A DNA stretch of 64,000 bases, taken from an uncultured Verrucomicrobiae bacterium (GTDB lineage: Bacteria; Verrucomicrobiota; Verrucomicrobiia; Chthoniobacterales; JAFAMB01). Location of the stretch: contig CAVXLD010000001.1 in NCBI GenBank assembly GCA_963762565.1, positions 192,001 through 256,000 on the forward strand, read 5' to 3'. Positions within the stretch are counted from its first letter, which is position 1; every line of letters starts with the position of its first letter. Position numbers and translations under genes: made by a program. The notes under the pieces were generated by a model that searched no databases, was not told the DNA's origin, and saw nothing but the letters and a program-made list of their open reading frames with translations. Positions 29,821-38,812 of the stretch are shown piece after piece.

Positions 29821-31065
29821 ATGAGCGATAGACGTGTTGTAGTCACCGGGTTGGGTGTTATCACACCAATCGGTAATGACCTTAAAACCTTTTGGGAGAA
29901 CCTTGTAGCGGGGAAAAACGGGATCCGTAAGATCTCGCATTTCGACGCCTCCATCTTCGACTGTCACATTGCCGGCGAGGTGCCAGATTTCGATCCCATT
30001 ACGTATCTGGCTAATCCTAAGGACGTTCGGCGGACCGACCGTTTTTCCCAATTTGCTCTGGCCTGCTCAAAGCGGGCCCTAGAAGACAGTGGTCTCGATC
30101 TGGAACGCATCGACCGCACTCGGGTCGGCGTCCTGGTCGGCAGTGGGATCGGCGGCTTGAGCACACTGGAGACCCAACATGTGGTTTTCTTGAAGAAAGG
30201 CCCTTCCAGAGTGTCTCCCTTCATGGTGCCAATGATGATCGTGAACATGGCCAGCGGATTAATCGCGATGGAATACGGCTTTGAAGGCCCGAATTATTCT
30301 ATCGTGACCGCTTGTGCCACCTCCGCGAACTCCATTGGCGAAGCTTGGAGGATGATTCGCGATGATGAAGCCGAGATTTTCTTGGCCGGCGGTACCGAGG
30401 CGGTCATCAATAATCTTGGCCTCGGCGGCTTCTGTGCGATGCGGGCGATGAGCACGAGAAACGATGAACCGCACCGGGCATCGCGCCCATTCGATAGGGA
30501 ACGAGACGGGTTCGTGATGGGTGAAGGCGGTGGAGTCTTAATTCTCGAGGAGTACGAACACGCAAAGGCTCGAGGGGCACGCATCTACTGCGAACTCGCT
30601 GGTTATGGACTTACCTGCGATGCTTACCACATGACCGCGCCCAAACCCGATGGGACGCCGGTAGCGCGAGGGATGCAAATCGCCGCGAAGCGGGCCGGCG
30701 TTAATCCGACGGATATTGATTACATCAACGCTCACGCCACATCGACACAGGTCGGCGATGTTTGCGAAACGAATGCGATTAAACGGTTCGCCGGTGATTA
30801 CGCGAAAAATGGTCTTTTGATTAGCTCAACCAAATCGATGATTGGTCATCTGCTCGGCGGCGCTGGAGCAGTAGAAAGCGCGGTCTGCATCCTTGCCATG
30901 CAACATGGTGTGGTGCCGCCCACGATCAATCTCGACAATCCTGACCCTGAGTGCGACCTCGACTACGTCCCAAATGTCGCACGCGAGAAAAAAGTACGAG
31001 TCGCACTTAATAATTCGTTTGGCTTCGGCGGCCACAACGCATCGCTTTGTTTCAAAGCATTGTAG
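29821..31065 (+). CDS. fabF: 3-oxoacyl-ACP synthase II
   Basis: RRVVVTGLG, TACAT, NAHATST, GHLLG, NSFGFGG. Confidence 0.97.
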   Translation: MSDRRVVVTGLGVITPIGNDLKTFWENLVAGKNGIRKISHFDASIFDCHIAGEVPDFDPITYLANPKDVRRTDRFSQFALACSKRALEDSGLDLERIDRTRVGVLVGSGIGGLSTLETQHVVFLKKGPSRVSPFMVPMMIVNMASGLIAMEYGFEGPNYSIVTACATSANSIGEAWRMIRDDEAEIFLAGGTEAVINNLGLGGFCAMRAMSTRNDEPHRASRPFDRERDGFVMGEGGGVLILEEYEHAKARGARIYCELAGYGLTCDAYHMTAPKPDGTPVARGMQIAAKRAGVNPTDIDYINAHATSTQVGDVCETNAIKRFAGDYAKNGLLISSTKSMIGHLLGGAGAVESAVCILAMQHGVVPPTINLDNPDPECDLDYVPNVAREKKVRVALNNSFGFGGHNASLCFKAL

Positions 31066-31067
31066 GG

Positions 31068-31224
31068 GGCGTTTGGCGTTCGGCGTTCGGCGTTTGGCGT
31101 TCGGCGTTCGGCGTTCCTATGATTCGAAATGATTGCAACACTGCGGATCTGTCGTGGCTCGTGAGCAAGCGACGCGCGTTATTGAAGCGCCGAACGCCAA
31201 ACGGTGAACGCCGAACGCCAAACG
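31068..31224. repeat. inverted arms of GGCGTTY heptamers
   Basis: seven GGCGTT(C/T) units 31068-31116 face (G/A)AACGCC units 31188-31224. Confidence 0.92.
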
Positions 31225-32085
31225 AGTAAGTACGTCGTTCTTCTGCTCCTGACCGCATTGTTTTGGTCGTTGGGAGGAGTCCTCATCAAGTCCATCGATT
31301 GGAATCCTGTCGCCATTGCGGGTTCGCGAAGCTTGATCGCCGTCTTCCTAATCGCCATCCTGCGACCGTCCGCCGTCCGTAAATTTTCCTGGACCGCATT
31401 CTTCGGCGGAATCGCCTACATGGTGACAGTTGTGTTGTTCGTGATTGCAACCAAGCTGACAACCGCTGCCAATGCCATTTTTCTCCAGTACACGGCTCCG
31501 ATTTATATCGCTCTGATAAGCCCATGGCTTTTGAAGGAACGTGTTCGTCGACTGGACTGGATTCTGATCGGTCTTGCTTTCGGCGGAATTGCTCTCTTTT
31601 TCTGCGACCGGCTCTCCTTTGCCGGAATTTGGGGAGTAATGGCCGCACTTGTCAGCGGCTTCTCCTACGCGTGGCTTACGATGCTGTTGCGTCGCCAAAA
31701 ATCGGCATCCCCCGAAGCCACGGTGTTCATAGGCAACTTGATGACTGTGTTAGTGGCGGCTCCGGCGATGTGGCCGCCGGTGAACCTGGGCCATAATTGG
31801 CCTTGGCTGCTTGCCTTGGGCGTCCTCCAGCTCACGATTCCCTATTTGCTTTATACACAGGCTATCCGGCATGTGCGTGCGCTGGATGCATCTATAATCA
31901 GCATGATCGAGCCGATCCTTAATCCGATCTGGGTCATGTTTGCCGTGGGCGAACATCCCGCCAGATGGGCAATCGTCGGAGGATGCATGGTCCTGGGAAC
32001 CTCTTTGCTACGGAGTATCTTCGCCTCGCGCGAGCCCGAATCCGAATTCGCCTTAGGCTCATCCGGAATGACAAATGACAGATGA
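31204..32085 (+). CDS. EamA/DMT family transporter
   Basis: about 10 TM, ANAIFLQYTAP, IEPILNPIW; both termini lie in repeats. Confidence 0.9.
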   Translation: MNAERQTSKYVVLLLLTALFWSLGGVLIKSIDWNPVAIAGSRSLIAVFLIAILRPSAVRKFSWTAFFGGIAYMVTVVLFVIATKLTTAANAIFLQYTAPIYIALISPWLLKERVRRLDWILIGLAFGGIALFFCDRLSFAGIWGVMAALVSGFSYAWLTMLLRRQKSASPEATVFIGNLMTVLVAAPAMWPPVNLGHNWPWLLALGVLQLTIPYLLYTQAIRHVRALDASIISMIEPILNPIWVMFAVGEHPARWAIVGGCMVLGTSLLRSIFASREPESEFALGSSGMTNDR

Positions 32086-32190
32086 AAAATGACAGATTGG
32101 GAAATCCTTCGGTCACACGCGTTCTATTTCGGACATTTGTCATCTGTCATTTGTCATTTGTCATTCGAAACGAGCCTCAGGCGAGTTTCG
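32042..32190 (+). repeat. family F element
   Basis: CCGAAYTCGCCTNAGGCTC arm, ATGACAR heptamers, conserved core TTGGGAAATCCTTCGGTCAC, mirrored arm. Confidence 0.92.
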
Positions 32191-32614
32191 CCGTGTACGT
32201 ATTCGCAGTGCCAGACAGACACACGACTCCATCCTGATTGCGCACAGTGGTGGCAAGCGTGCAGATCGGTTTGTCGTCACGAACAGTTGTGACTTCAACC
32301 CTGCCGGTAATCACATCTCCGACGTAGACTGCTTTAACAAACTTCCATTCTACCCCGAGAAACACCGTGCCGGGGCCAGGGAGATCTTCGGCCACGATCG
32401 CGTTCAAAATTCCGGAAGTGATGCCTCCCTGAACGATCAATCCGCCAAACACTGATCTCCCAGCAACTTCGCGGTCATAATGTAACGGATTCCGGTCGCC
32501 GGTGATCTCTGTAAATAGCGCGATGTCGCGCTCGCTGACTGTTCGGGATCGCTCTGCCGAATCGCCAACTCTCGGTTTCCCACGAATTGTTCCCGCCCAA
32601 CCGTCACTCTTCAT
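32177..32614 (-). CDS. MaoC-family dehydratase
   Basis: FTEITGDRNPLHYD, LPGPG, FVKAVYVGD. Confidence 0.92.
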   Translation of the reverse strand: MKSDGWAGTIRGKPRVGDSAERSRTVSERDIALFTEITGDRNPLHYDREVAGRSVFGGLIVQGGITSGILNAIVAEDLPGPGTVFLGVEWKFVKAVYVGDVITGRVEVTTVRDDKPICTLATTVRNQDGVVCLSGTANTYTAKLA

Positions 32615-32624
32615 GATGTGACCT

Positions 32625-32774
32625 CCGGACTCGCCTTAGGCTCGTCCGCAATGACAAATGACAAATAACAGATGACAGATTGGGAATTCCTTCGGTCACA
32701 CGCATTTCTATTTCGGAGATTTGTCATTTGTAATTTGTCATCTGCCATTCCGAACGAGCCTCAGGCGAGTTCGG
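32625..32774 (+). repeat. family F element
   Basis: direct copy of 32042-32190. Confidence 0.92.
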
Positions 32775-33516
32775 CTTCTGTGAGCGCTGCTAACACCCGT
32801 TCCTTCCAAGCCGTGAAGGCATGATCCTGTCGAGAACGAGGCCGAGGAAGATCGATCCGAAATTGGCGATGAATTTGTCCGGGGCGTCCCTTGATCACAA
32901 CGATGCTGTCGGATAATGCGACCGCTTCTTCAATATCGTGCGTCACGAAAAACATGGTCAACGAATGCCTCGCAAAAAGCTCCATCAAATGGTCTTGCAG
33001 CCGGCTTCGGGTGAGAGCATCGAGGGCGCTAAACGGCTCGTCCAGCAATAGAAGAGATGGTTTTCGCACTAAGGCTCTGGCTATCGCCACCCTTTGAGCC
33101 ATCCCTCCCGACAATTGGCGCGGGTAATAATGGGAGAAGGATTCTAAACCAACTTGCTCCAGAATTTCCTTCGCCAACGCTCCGATCCGGCTATGCCCGG
33201 CCGGGCCGAACCCGAATTCCACATTTTGGCGAACGGTCAGCCACGGCATGAGTCGGGGCTCTTGAAACACGACGCCTAGGTTGGGGCGTTCGGCATTTGG
33301 CGTTTGGCGTTCGGCGTTCGGCGCACGATCGCTATCCCAGCGGATTTCTCCGGAGGTCGGGCGCTCAAGTCCAGCTAGAATCCGCAACAGCGTGCTTTTG
33401 CCCGAGCCGGTCGTACCCACCATCACCGTGACTTGTTGCGGCTCGATCGAAAGCTCAAGATTAGCAATCACCAAAGCGTCACCGTAAGCCTTCGTTATCT
33501 GATCGATTCTTACCAT
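32761..33516 (-). CDS. ssuB: sulfonate/taurine-type ABC transporter ATP-binding protein
   Basis: GTTGSGKST, VFQEPRLMPW, LSGGMAQR, LLLLDEPFSALD; start at ATG 33516 because the upstream frame is repeat F. Confidence 0.85.
   Translation of the reverse strand: MVRIDQITKAYGDALVIANLELSIEPQQVTVMVGTTGSGKSTLLRILAGLERPTSGEIRWDSDRAPNAERQTPNAERPNLGVVFQEPRLMPWLTVRQNVEFGFGPAGHSRIGALAKEILEQVGLESFSHYYPRQLSGGMAQRVAIARALVRKPSLLLLDEPFSALDALTRSRLQDHLMELFARHSLTMFFVTHDIEEAVALSDSIVVIKGRPGQIHRQFRIDLPRPRSRQDHAFTAWKERVLAALTEAELA
33285..33323. repeat. GGCGTTY heptamer tract inside ssuB
   Basis: about 5.5 units, translated as APNAERQTPNAER. Confidence 0.9.
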
Positions 33517-33517
33517 T

Positions 33518-33655
33518 GAACTCGCTGAGGCTCCTTCAAGATGACAATGACAGATGACAGATGACAAATGTCCGAAATAGACCGCGCGTGACCGAAGGAT
33601 CTCCCAATCTGTCATCTGTCATTTGTCATTCCGAACGAGCCTCAGGCGAGTTCGG
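33518..33655 (-). repeat. family F element (inverted)
   Basis: core reads in reverse: ...GTGACCGAAGGATCTCCCAATCTGTCAT... Confidence 0.9.
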
Positions 33656-34501
33656 CTGATAGGCGTCCTGCCAGTGCAACGCACGCTCGGAAACCCAGGC
33701 CAAGCATCCGTCAGTCGATTTTCCGCACAGAGCGAATAACAAGATGCTGGTGATCAAAGTGGCGGGACGACCGGTGGTTTGTCCATCGATCAGCAGAAAC
33801 CCGAGACCATGGGTTGCTCCCATGAATTCTGCTGCGACTACAAACATCCAAGCCAGACCTAAACTCTGTCGAAGCCCTACGAAAATGGCCGGTAAACTTG
33901 CGGGGAGAAATATTCTTCGAGCCAAGCTCCACCCCTTGAAGCCGTTCACCAACGCAACCTCAACCAGTTTCCGGTCAACGCTACGGATGCTGCTCACGAG
34001 CGCCAGGTAGAGCGGAAAGAACGCCCCCAGCGCAATCAAGAGGATCTTCGAGGTCTCAAAAATTCCGAACCACAGAATGAAAAGAGGGACCCAAGCATAC
34101 GAAGGTACGCTTCGAATCGCGTGAATGGTCGGGTTGAGTAATCGATACGCGGTTGAGCTAATGCCCGTAACGGTTCCGAGCACTATCGCAACTGCGCTGC
34201 CTAGACCGAAGCCGCTGAAGACTCGGACAAAAGTGGCCCAGAGATGGACCCAGATCTGCCCGCTCCAAAGCAAACGATTGATTTCAGCCAGGATCTCGGT
34301 TGGCGAAGAAGTAATTGTCCGGTCTAACCATCCAAGGCGAGACGCCATTTCCCAGGCGGTTAGTGCGATTGCCGGAACCACAAAACCAAGCAAACTCCAT
34401 CGCCGGCGCCATTTGACAGGAGTCCGGACTCTATCTCTCGCAGTCTTAGATTCCAAGACATCGACTGGCTCAGCGGCAGGGAGCAGCGTAGAAGTCGCCA
34501 T
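33626..34501 (-). CDS. ssuC: sulfonate-type ABC transporter permease
   Basis: VPSYAWVPLFILWFGIFE, LVEVA, WMFVVAAE. Confidence 0.85.
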   Translation of the reverse strand: MATSTLLPAAEPVDVLESKTARDRVRTPVKWRRRWSLLGFVVPAIALTAWEMASRLGWLDRTITSSPTEILAEINRLLWSGQIWVHLWATFVRVFSGFGLGSAVAIVLGTVTGISSTAYRLLNPTIHAIRSVPSYAWVPLFILWFGIFETSKILLIALGAFFPLYLALVSSIRSVDRKLVEVALVNGFKGWSLARRIFLPASLPAIFVGLRQSLGLAWMFVVAAEFMGATHGLGFLLIDGQTTGRPATLITSILLFALCGKSTDGCLAWVSERALHWQDAYQPNSPEARSE

Positions 34502-34517
34502 TTCTTGGTCCCCTCTT

Positions 34518-34807
34518 GTGTCCTGTCCCATAAGTAACATGGCTTTCGCCGTCGGCCAGTTGGCTGTTTTTCAAGGCGCGAGCGAAGCGCCCATATCTGG
34601 TTCATACGGGTCGAGCGAGCAACGCGGAAAAACAGCCAACTGGCCACGGCCCGGAGGGTTGCGATGAAAATGGGCCGGCGGCTGCGTTGCTCGTCGGTTA
34701 CGTATCGATCAAGATATGCGCCCTCTACCGCCAGTCCGGCTCGGACCGCCTTGCCGGCGGCCCATTTTGATCGCAACGAAAGCCATGTTACTTATGGGAC
34801 AGGACAC
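34518..34807 (+). mobile_element. 290-bp MITE-like element, family E
   Basis: 31-bp perfect TIR GTGTCCTGTCCCATAAGTAACATGGCTTTCG; near-identical copy at 39852. Confidence 0.85.
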
Positions 34808-35934
34808 TAGTTGGCAGTCGCGATCCGATCCGCAAACGAGGGATCGAGCAATTCATTCACGATCCTGTCCACGTCGGTGTTGGGATCGATGATTCCGTTC
34901 GCTTTCAAGGCGTTGGCGGAATCCAGAATAACCTGGCGCTGAGTCGCTCCGAGCCGCGAATCCTTCAGGTTGGTCCTTTCCCACACCTTCTCCGCAACGG
35001 CCGGGCTTAATTGAGCCGCTGACTGTAGGATGGTACGCGCTTCGTCCGAATGATCCAGGCACCACAGGCGGGCTTTCTCATAAGTTCGGAGAACGCGCTC
35101 AGTAATATCCGGATGCTCGAAAGCGAAAGCTTCCCGTACGTTCAATACCCCGAAACTGTTCCAATCCGCTCGGCGAAAAAACAGCTTAAATCCCTTGTCG
35201 ACCTCTAGCTGTGCCATGTACGGATCCAGCCCGGCCCAAGCATCGACCTGCCCCCGTTCCAACGCGACTTTGCCGTCGGGATGCTGCAAAGGTACAACCT
35301 GGATATCCTTTTCGCTCAACCCAGCGGAGGCGAGTGACCGCAAAAGAAAAATATGAGGATCAGTTCCGCGAGTCACGGCCACGCGTTTGCCACGCAGATC
35401 TTCGATCCGCGTTATTCCGGAGCTTGGGCTTGTTACCAGCGCGGTCCATTCGGGCGCAGAATAAACGTAAATCGCTTTGATTGGGTTGCCGTTTGCTCGC
35501 CCGATAAATGCCGCCGCTCCCGCGGTTGAGCCGAAGTCGACACTTTTGCCCCTTAGATACTCCAGCGCTTTGTTACTACCCAGGCTCTGCACCCACTCCA
35601 CCTTGATGCCGCTTGAGCCCAGATCCTCCTCTAGCCATTTCTTGTCCTTGAGCACCAGGCTAATCGGATTGTAGTACGCCCAATCGACTCGAACGGTGTC
35701 GACGCTTCCGGCCTTGGAAAATTCGCCAAACCAGAGCGACCCAAACAAACACATAAGGGACAAAATCGAGCTCAGGCGACCTCGCCTCGGTGATGGCTTA
35801 GTTGTGTCACCGTACGCGCGAGGGGGATTGTACCTCGGGCTGCCATGCCTGGAAGATCGAAGTCGGACGGAAAGAATACTGTGCTGATAGGGTTTCACCC
35901 TCCCCATCTCTAGATGTAATCCGCCCGAACGCAA
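34807..35934 (-). CDS. ssuA: aliphatic sulfonate ABC transporter substrate-binding protein
   Basis: DWAYYNP, QSLGSNKALE, TRGTDPH, AWAGLDP; true start uncertain, probably downstream of 35934. Confidence 0.85.
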   Translation of the reverse strand: MRSGGLHLEMGRVKPYQHSILSVRLRSSRHGSPRYNPPRAYGDTTKPSPRRGRLSSILSLMCLFGSLWFGEFSKAGSVDTVRVDWAYYNPISLVLKDKKWLEEDLGSSGIKVEWVQSLGSNKALEYLRGKSVDFGSTAGAAAFIGRANGNPIKAIYVYSAPEWTALVTSPSSGITRIEDLRGKRVAVTRGTDPHIFLLRSLASAGLSEKDIQVVPLQHPDGKVALERGQVDAWAGLDPYMAQLEVDKGFKLFFRRADWNSFGVLNVREAFAFEHPDITERVLRTYEKARLWCLDHSDEARTILQSAAQLSPAVAEKVWERTNLKDSRLGATQRQVILDSANALKANGIIDPNTDVDRIVNELLDPSFADRIATAN

Positions 35935-35972
35935 GCCGTTTCGCGCCTAGCGCAGGCGAGCCGGTCACGACT

Positions 35973-36178
35973 TGGAGGGGAGCCGCTTTGGAATTTTGCG
36001 GATCCGTAAGTTGGCAGCAAGCGGCTCCCGGGAACGGTCCAGGGCTGGGCAGCTCTGTGACGGCTTCAAATCGATGCTTGCAACCGGGTTCTTCCGCCGT
36101 GCCTCACATTGGGTAATTCCCGGGAGCCGCTTGCTACCAACCTACAGATCTGCCACGCTACAAAGCGGCTCCCCTCCA
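35973..36178. repeat. REP doublet family C
   Basis: GGAGGGGAGCCGCTTTG...AAGCGGCTCCCGGGAA / TTCCCGGGAGCCGCTT...CAAAGCGGCTCCCCTCCA. Confidence 0.88.
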
Positions 36179-36303
36179 GTCCTTGGGCGTGCGACGCCAC
36201 CGGGCTGATTGCGATGACGAGAACGAAGATGATCGCGCCACAGTGATCACTCACTCCTTGCAAGCCCAGCAGCTCCAGGCCACGGTTTGGCAGACCTAAA
36301 GTT

Positions 36304-37338
36304 ATGATGAACTATCGTTTACTCGGTCGGAGCGGGCTGCGAGTTTCGGAGCTCTGCTTAGGAACCATGACCTTCGGGGAAGATTGGGGTTGGGGAGCTC
36401 CCAAGGATGAAGCACGGAAAATCTACGACGCGTTTCGCGAAGCCGGCGGCAATTTTATCGATACGGCTAACGTTTATACGCAGGGTTCGAGCGAAACCTT
36501 TCTCGGCGAGTTCTTTTCGGAACACCGTGATAGCGTGGTTCTCGCCACGAAATACACCAATGCGCTAACCACCAATGACCCGAATGCCGGGGGAAACCAG
36601 CGCAAGAATATGATGCAAGCCGTTGAAGGCAGTTTGCGTCGCCTGAAAACCGATTACATCGACCTCTATTGGCTTCATATCTGGGATCAAATGACGCCAG
36701 TTGAAGAAGTGATGCGCGCCTTCGATGACCTGGTTCGCCAAGGTAAAGTCCTTTATGTCGGCGTTTCCGATGCACCTGCCTGGTGGATCAGTAAAGCGAA
36801 TACGATCGCTGAGCTCCGTGGATGGTCGCCCTTCGTCGGTCTGCAGATTGAGTATTCACTGATCGAACGTACGGTCGAACGGGAGCTGATTCCGGCAGCG
36901 AAACATCTTGGGCTCACGGTCACCGCCTGGTCACCTTTAGCGGGTGGCGTTCTCACCGGCAAATATGCGTCAGGCGAAGCCACCGACTCCCGTTATTCTA
37001 CCGAAATGATGAAACAATGGTTACCAGAGCAAACTCGGACTGCTCGCATCGTTGAGGCTCTTCAGAATGTCAGTAAACAGACCGGACGGAGTAAAGCCCA
37101 GATCGCATTGGCTTGGCTGCGACATCGCGCCGTCCCGGTTATCCCTATTGTGGGCGCCCGCAAACTGACTCAGCTTGAAGACAACATCGCCAGTCTGACA
37201 CTCACTCTCACTCCGGACCAACTGGCCTTATTGGATGAGGCCAGTCAGATCGAGCTCGGTTTCCCGTACCACTTCTACGCTAACGAGATGGTCCGCACGT
37301 TCGTGTACGGCGGTGTAAGGGACCACATAATCACGTGA
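36304..37338 (+). CDS. aldo/keto reductase
   Basis: LCLGTMTFG, IDTANVY, LATK, IDLYWLH, WSPLAGG. Confidence 0.95.
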   Translation: MMNYRLLGRSGLRVSELCLGTMTFGEDWGWGAPKDEARKIYDAFREAGGNFIDTANVYTQGSSETFLGEFFSEHRDSVVLATKYTNALTTNDPNAGGNQRKNMMQAVEGSLRRLKTDYIDLYWLHIWDQMTPVEEVMRAFDDLVRQGKVLYVGVSDAPAWWISKANTIAELRGWSPFVGLQIEYSLIERTVERELIPAAKHLGLTVTAWSPLAGGVLTGKYASGEATDSRYSTEMMKQWLPEQTRTARIVEALQNVSKQTGRSKAQIALAWLRHRAVPVIPIVGARKLTQLEDNIASLTLTLTPDQLALLDEASQIELGFPYHFYANEMVRTFVYGGVRDHIIT

Positions 37339-37630
37339 TTAGTGATTAGTGATTGGCGATGGCGCTGGTCGGGCGAGGCTCCCGAAAGAACTAAAGTCTC
37401 TAACGAAGATCCAGACGTTTCGGCCTGAAAGAGTTTGTTAGGCCGATCGGTGTGCCGAGCCGTGGTTCCGCGCGTAACCCGGCTCGGCGCGTTGCTAGAA
37501 GTAGCATGCCTTCTTAATTCGGAATGCGAAGGGAGATGGAAAATCACAGAGTCTTTCGGGAGCCTCGCCCTACCAACGGCGTCTCATCCACCATCACCTC
37601 TCACCAATCACCAATCACTTCTCACCTTCT
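37335..37630. repeat. family A element (37366-37576) nested in GTGATTR/YAATCAC arms
   Basis: GGGCGAGGCTCCCGAAAGA ... TCTTTCGGGAGCCTCGCCC; inner motifs at 37454 and 37480. Confidence 0.88.
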
Positions 37631-37633
37631 CCG

Positions 37634-38044
37634 TCACTCCCCGGCCGCGAGATAATCTCCTTCGACGTGCACAATCTCGATCAGATTGTTGAACGGATCC
37701 CGAGTAAAAAACCGGGGACGAAATGGTAATGCCCTCGTTTCGATGATCTGGTAACCAGCTGCCTTGAGTCTTGTCCGATAATCATCCAAATCATTGACCT
37801 CGATGCAGAAATGCGGGGACCAATCCCCCGGCACTGATCGTGCCTCCGGAACACAATGAAGCTCGACACCTTCTTCTCCGGTATAAAACCAAATCCAACC
37901 TAACGGTTTGACGACTTTAGGAATCGGCTTTTCCCGAAAGCCCATCACCTCGACATAAAATTTCCGCAAAAAGTTCTCCTCTCCTGGAGGAAAAATAATC
38001 GTGACATGCTGGAACTTTGGTGTCGCGGCGGTCGTCGTGCTCAT
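37634..38044 (-). CDS. VOC/glyoxalase family protein
   Basis: FQHVTI, FYVEVMGFRE, ELH, HFCIEV, RDPFNNLIE. Confidence 0.88.
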   Translation of the reverse strand: MSTTTAATPKFQHVTIIFPPGEENFLRKFYVEVMGFREKPIPKVVKPLGWIWFYTGEEGVELHCVPEARSVPGDWSPHFCIEVNDLDDYRTRLKAAGYQIIETRALPFRPRFFTRDPFNNLIEIVHVEGDYLAAGE

Positions 38045-38222
38045 ACGCCAACATCTAGTGCGTCCCAGCGGTCTGCAAGCCTGCTGAGCAGCTTTACTTT
38101 TTGGCTAGTACTATTACTTGTTCCAGATTCGCCTAGCTGCCGCCGCCTCAGAGATGCGCTTGCGGAACTTGTCGCGCGGCGCCACAGGCGGCCATGACAG
38201 TTTGAGAAAGGAATCAGTATCT

Positions 38223-38603
38223 ATGTATCCAACTCGATTAATTGAATACCAGGACGCCTCCGCCGAAGTCCGCCAGGTCTACGATGACATCATGGCTACT
38301 CGCAAGGTCGACAAAGTGAATAATTTCTGGAAGGCGCTGGCCAACCATCCCACCACTCTGCGACGAACTTGGGAGAGCATAAAAGAGGTGATGACGCCAG
38401 GTGAATTGGATCCGTTAACTAAAGAACTAATTTATATGGCGGTGAGCGTTACGAACAACTGTGAATACTGCATCCATTCGCATACTAAGGCAGCCACTAA
38501 GTTGGGCCTTTCCCCGCAAGCGTTCGGAGAATTGTTAGCAGTGATCGGCATGGCCAATGAGACCAATCGTTTGGCGAATGGCTATCAAGTCCCGGTCGAT
38601 TAG
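38223..38603 (+). CDS. carboxymuconolactone decarboxylase/AhpD family protein
   Basis: TKELIYMAVSVTNNCEYCIHSH. Confidence 0.92.
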   Translation: MYPTRLIEYQDASAEVRQVYDDIMATRKVDKVNNFWKALANHPTTLRRTWESIKEVMTPGELDPLTKELIYMAVSVTNNCEYCIHSHTKAATKLGLSPQAFGELLAVIGMANETNRLANGYQVPVD

Positions 38604-38812
38604 CGTCTCAGGAGCGCGCTTGAGGCCTTGACCAGAAACAGCATCAACCAGAATGGCTCTCCGCTGGTTTGTATGCGGATCGCGTGCATTGGAAGGGTCC
38701 GCTGCAGGGGCAGACTTCGTGTTAATTCGCGTCAATTCCGCGGTTAACGACGTTGTCTTTTACCATCATATCGGCTACCTTAGTGAAGGTTGGTTAGTCA
38801 GGGGAAATTGGT

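Noticed and set aside
31047..31258. Short ORFs with AFGVRR / TPNAER repeats
   Set aside because: Products of the heptamer arms, with no independent coding evidence.
33517..33615. N-terminal extension MTDWEILRS... of SsuB, and the matching ORF 32089-32292
   Set aside because: Translation of family F repeat DNA. The ABC domain begins at ATG 33516.
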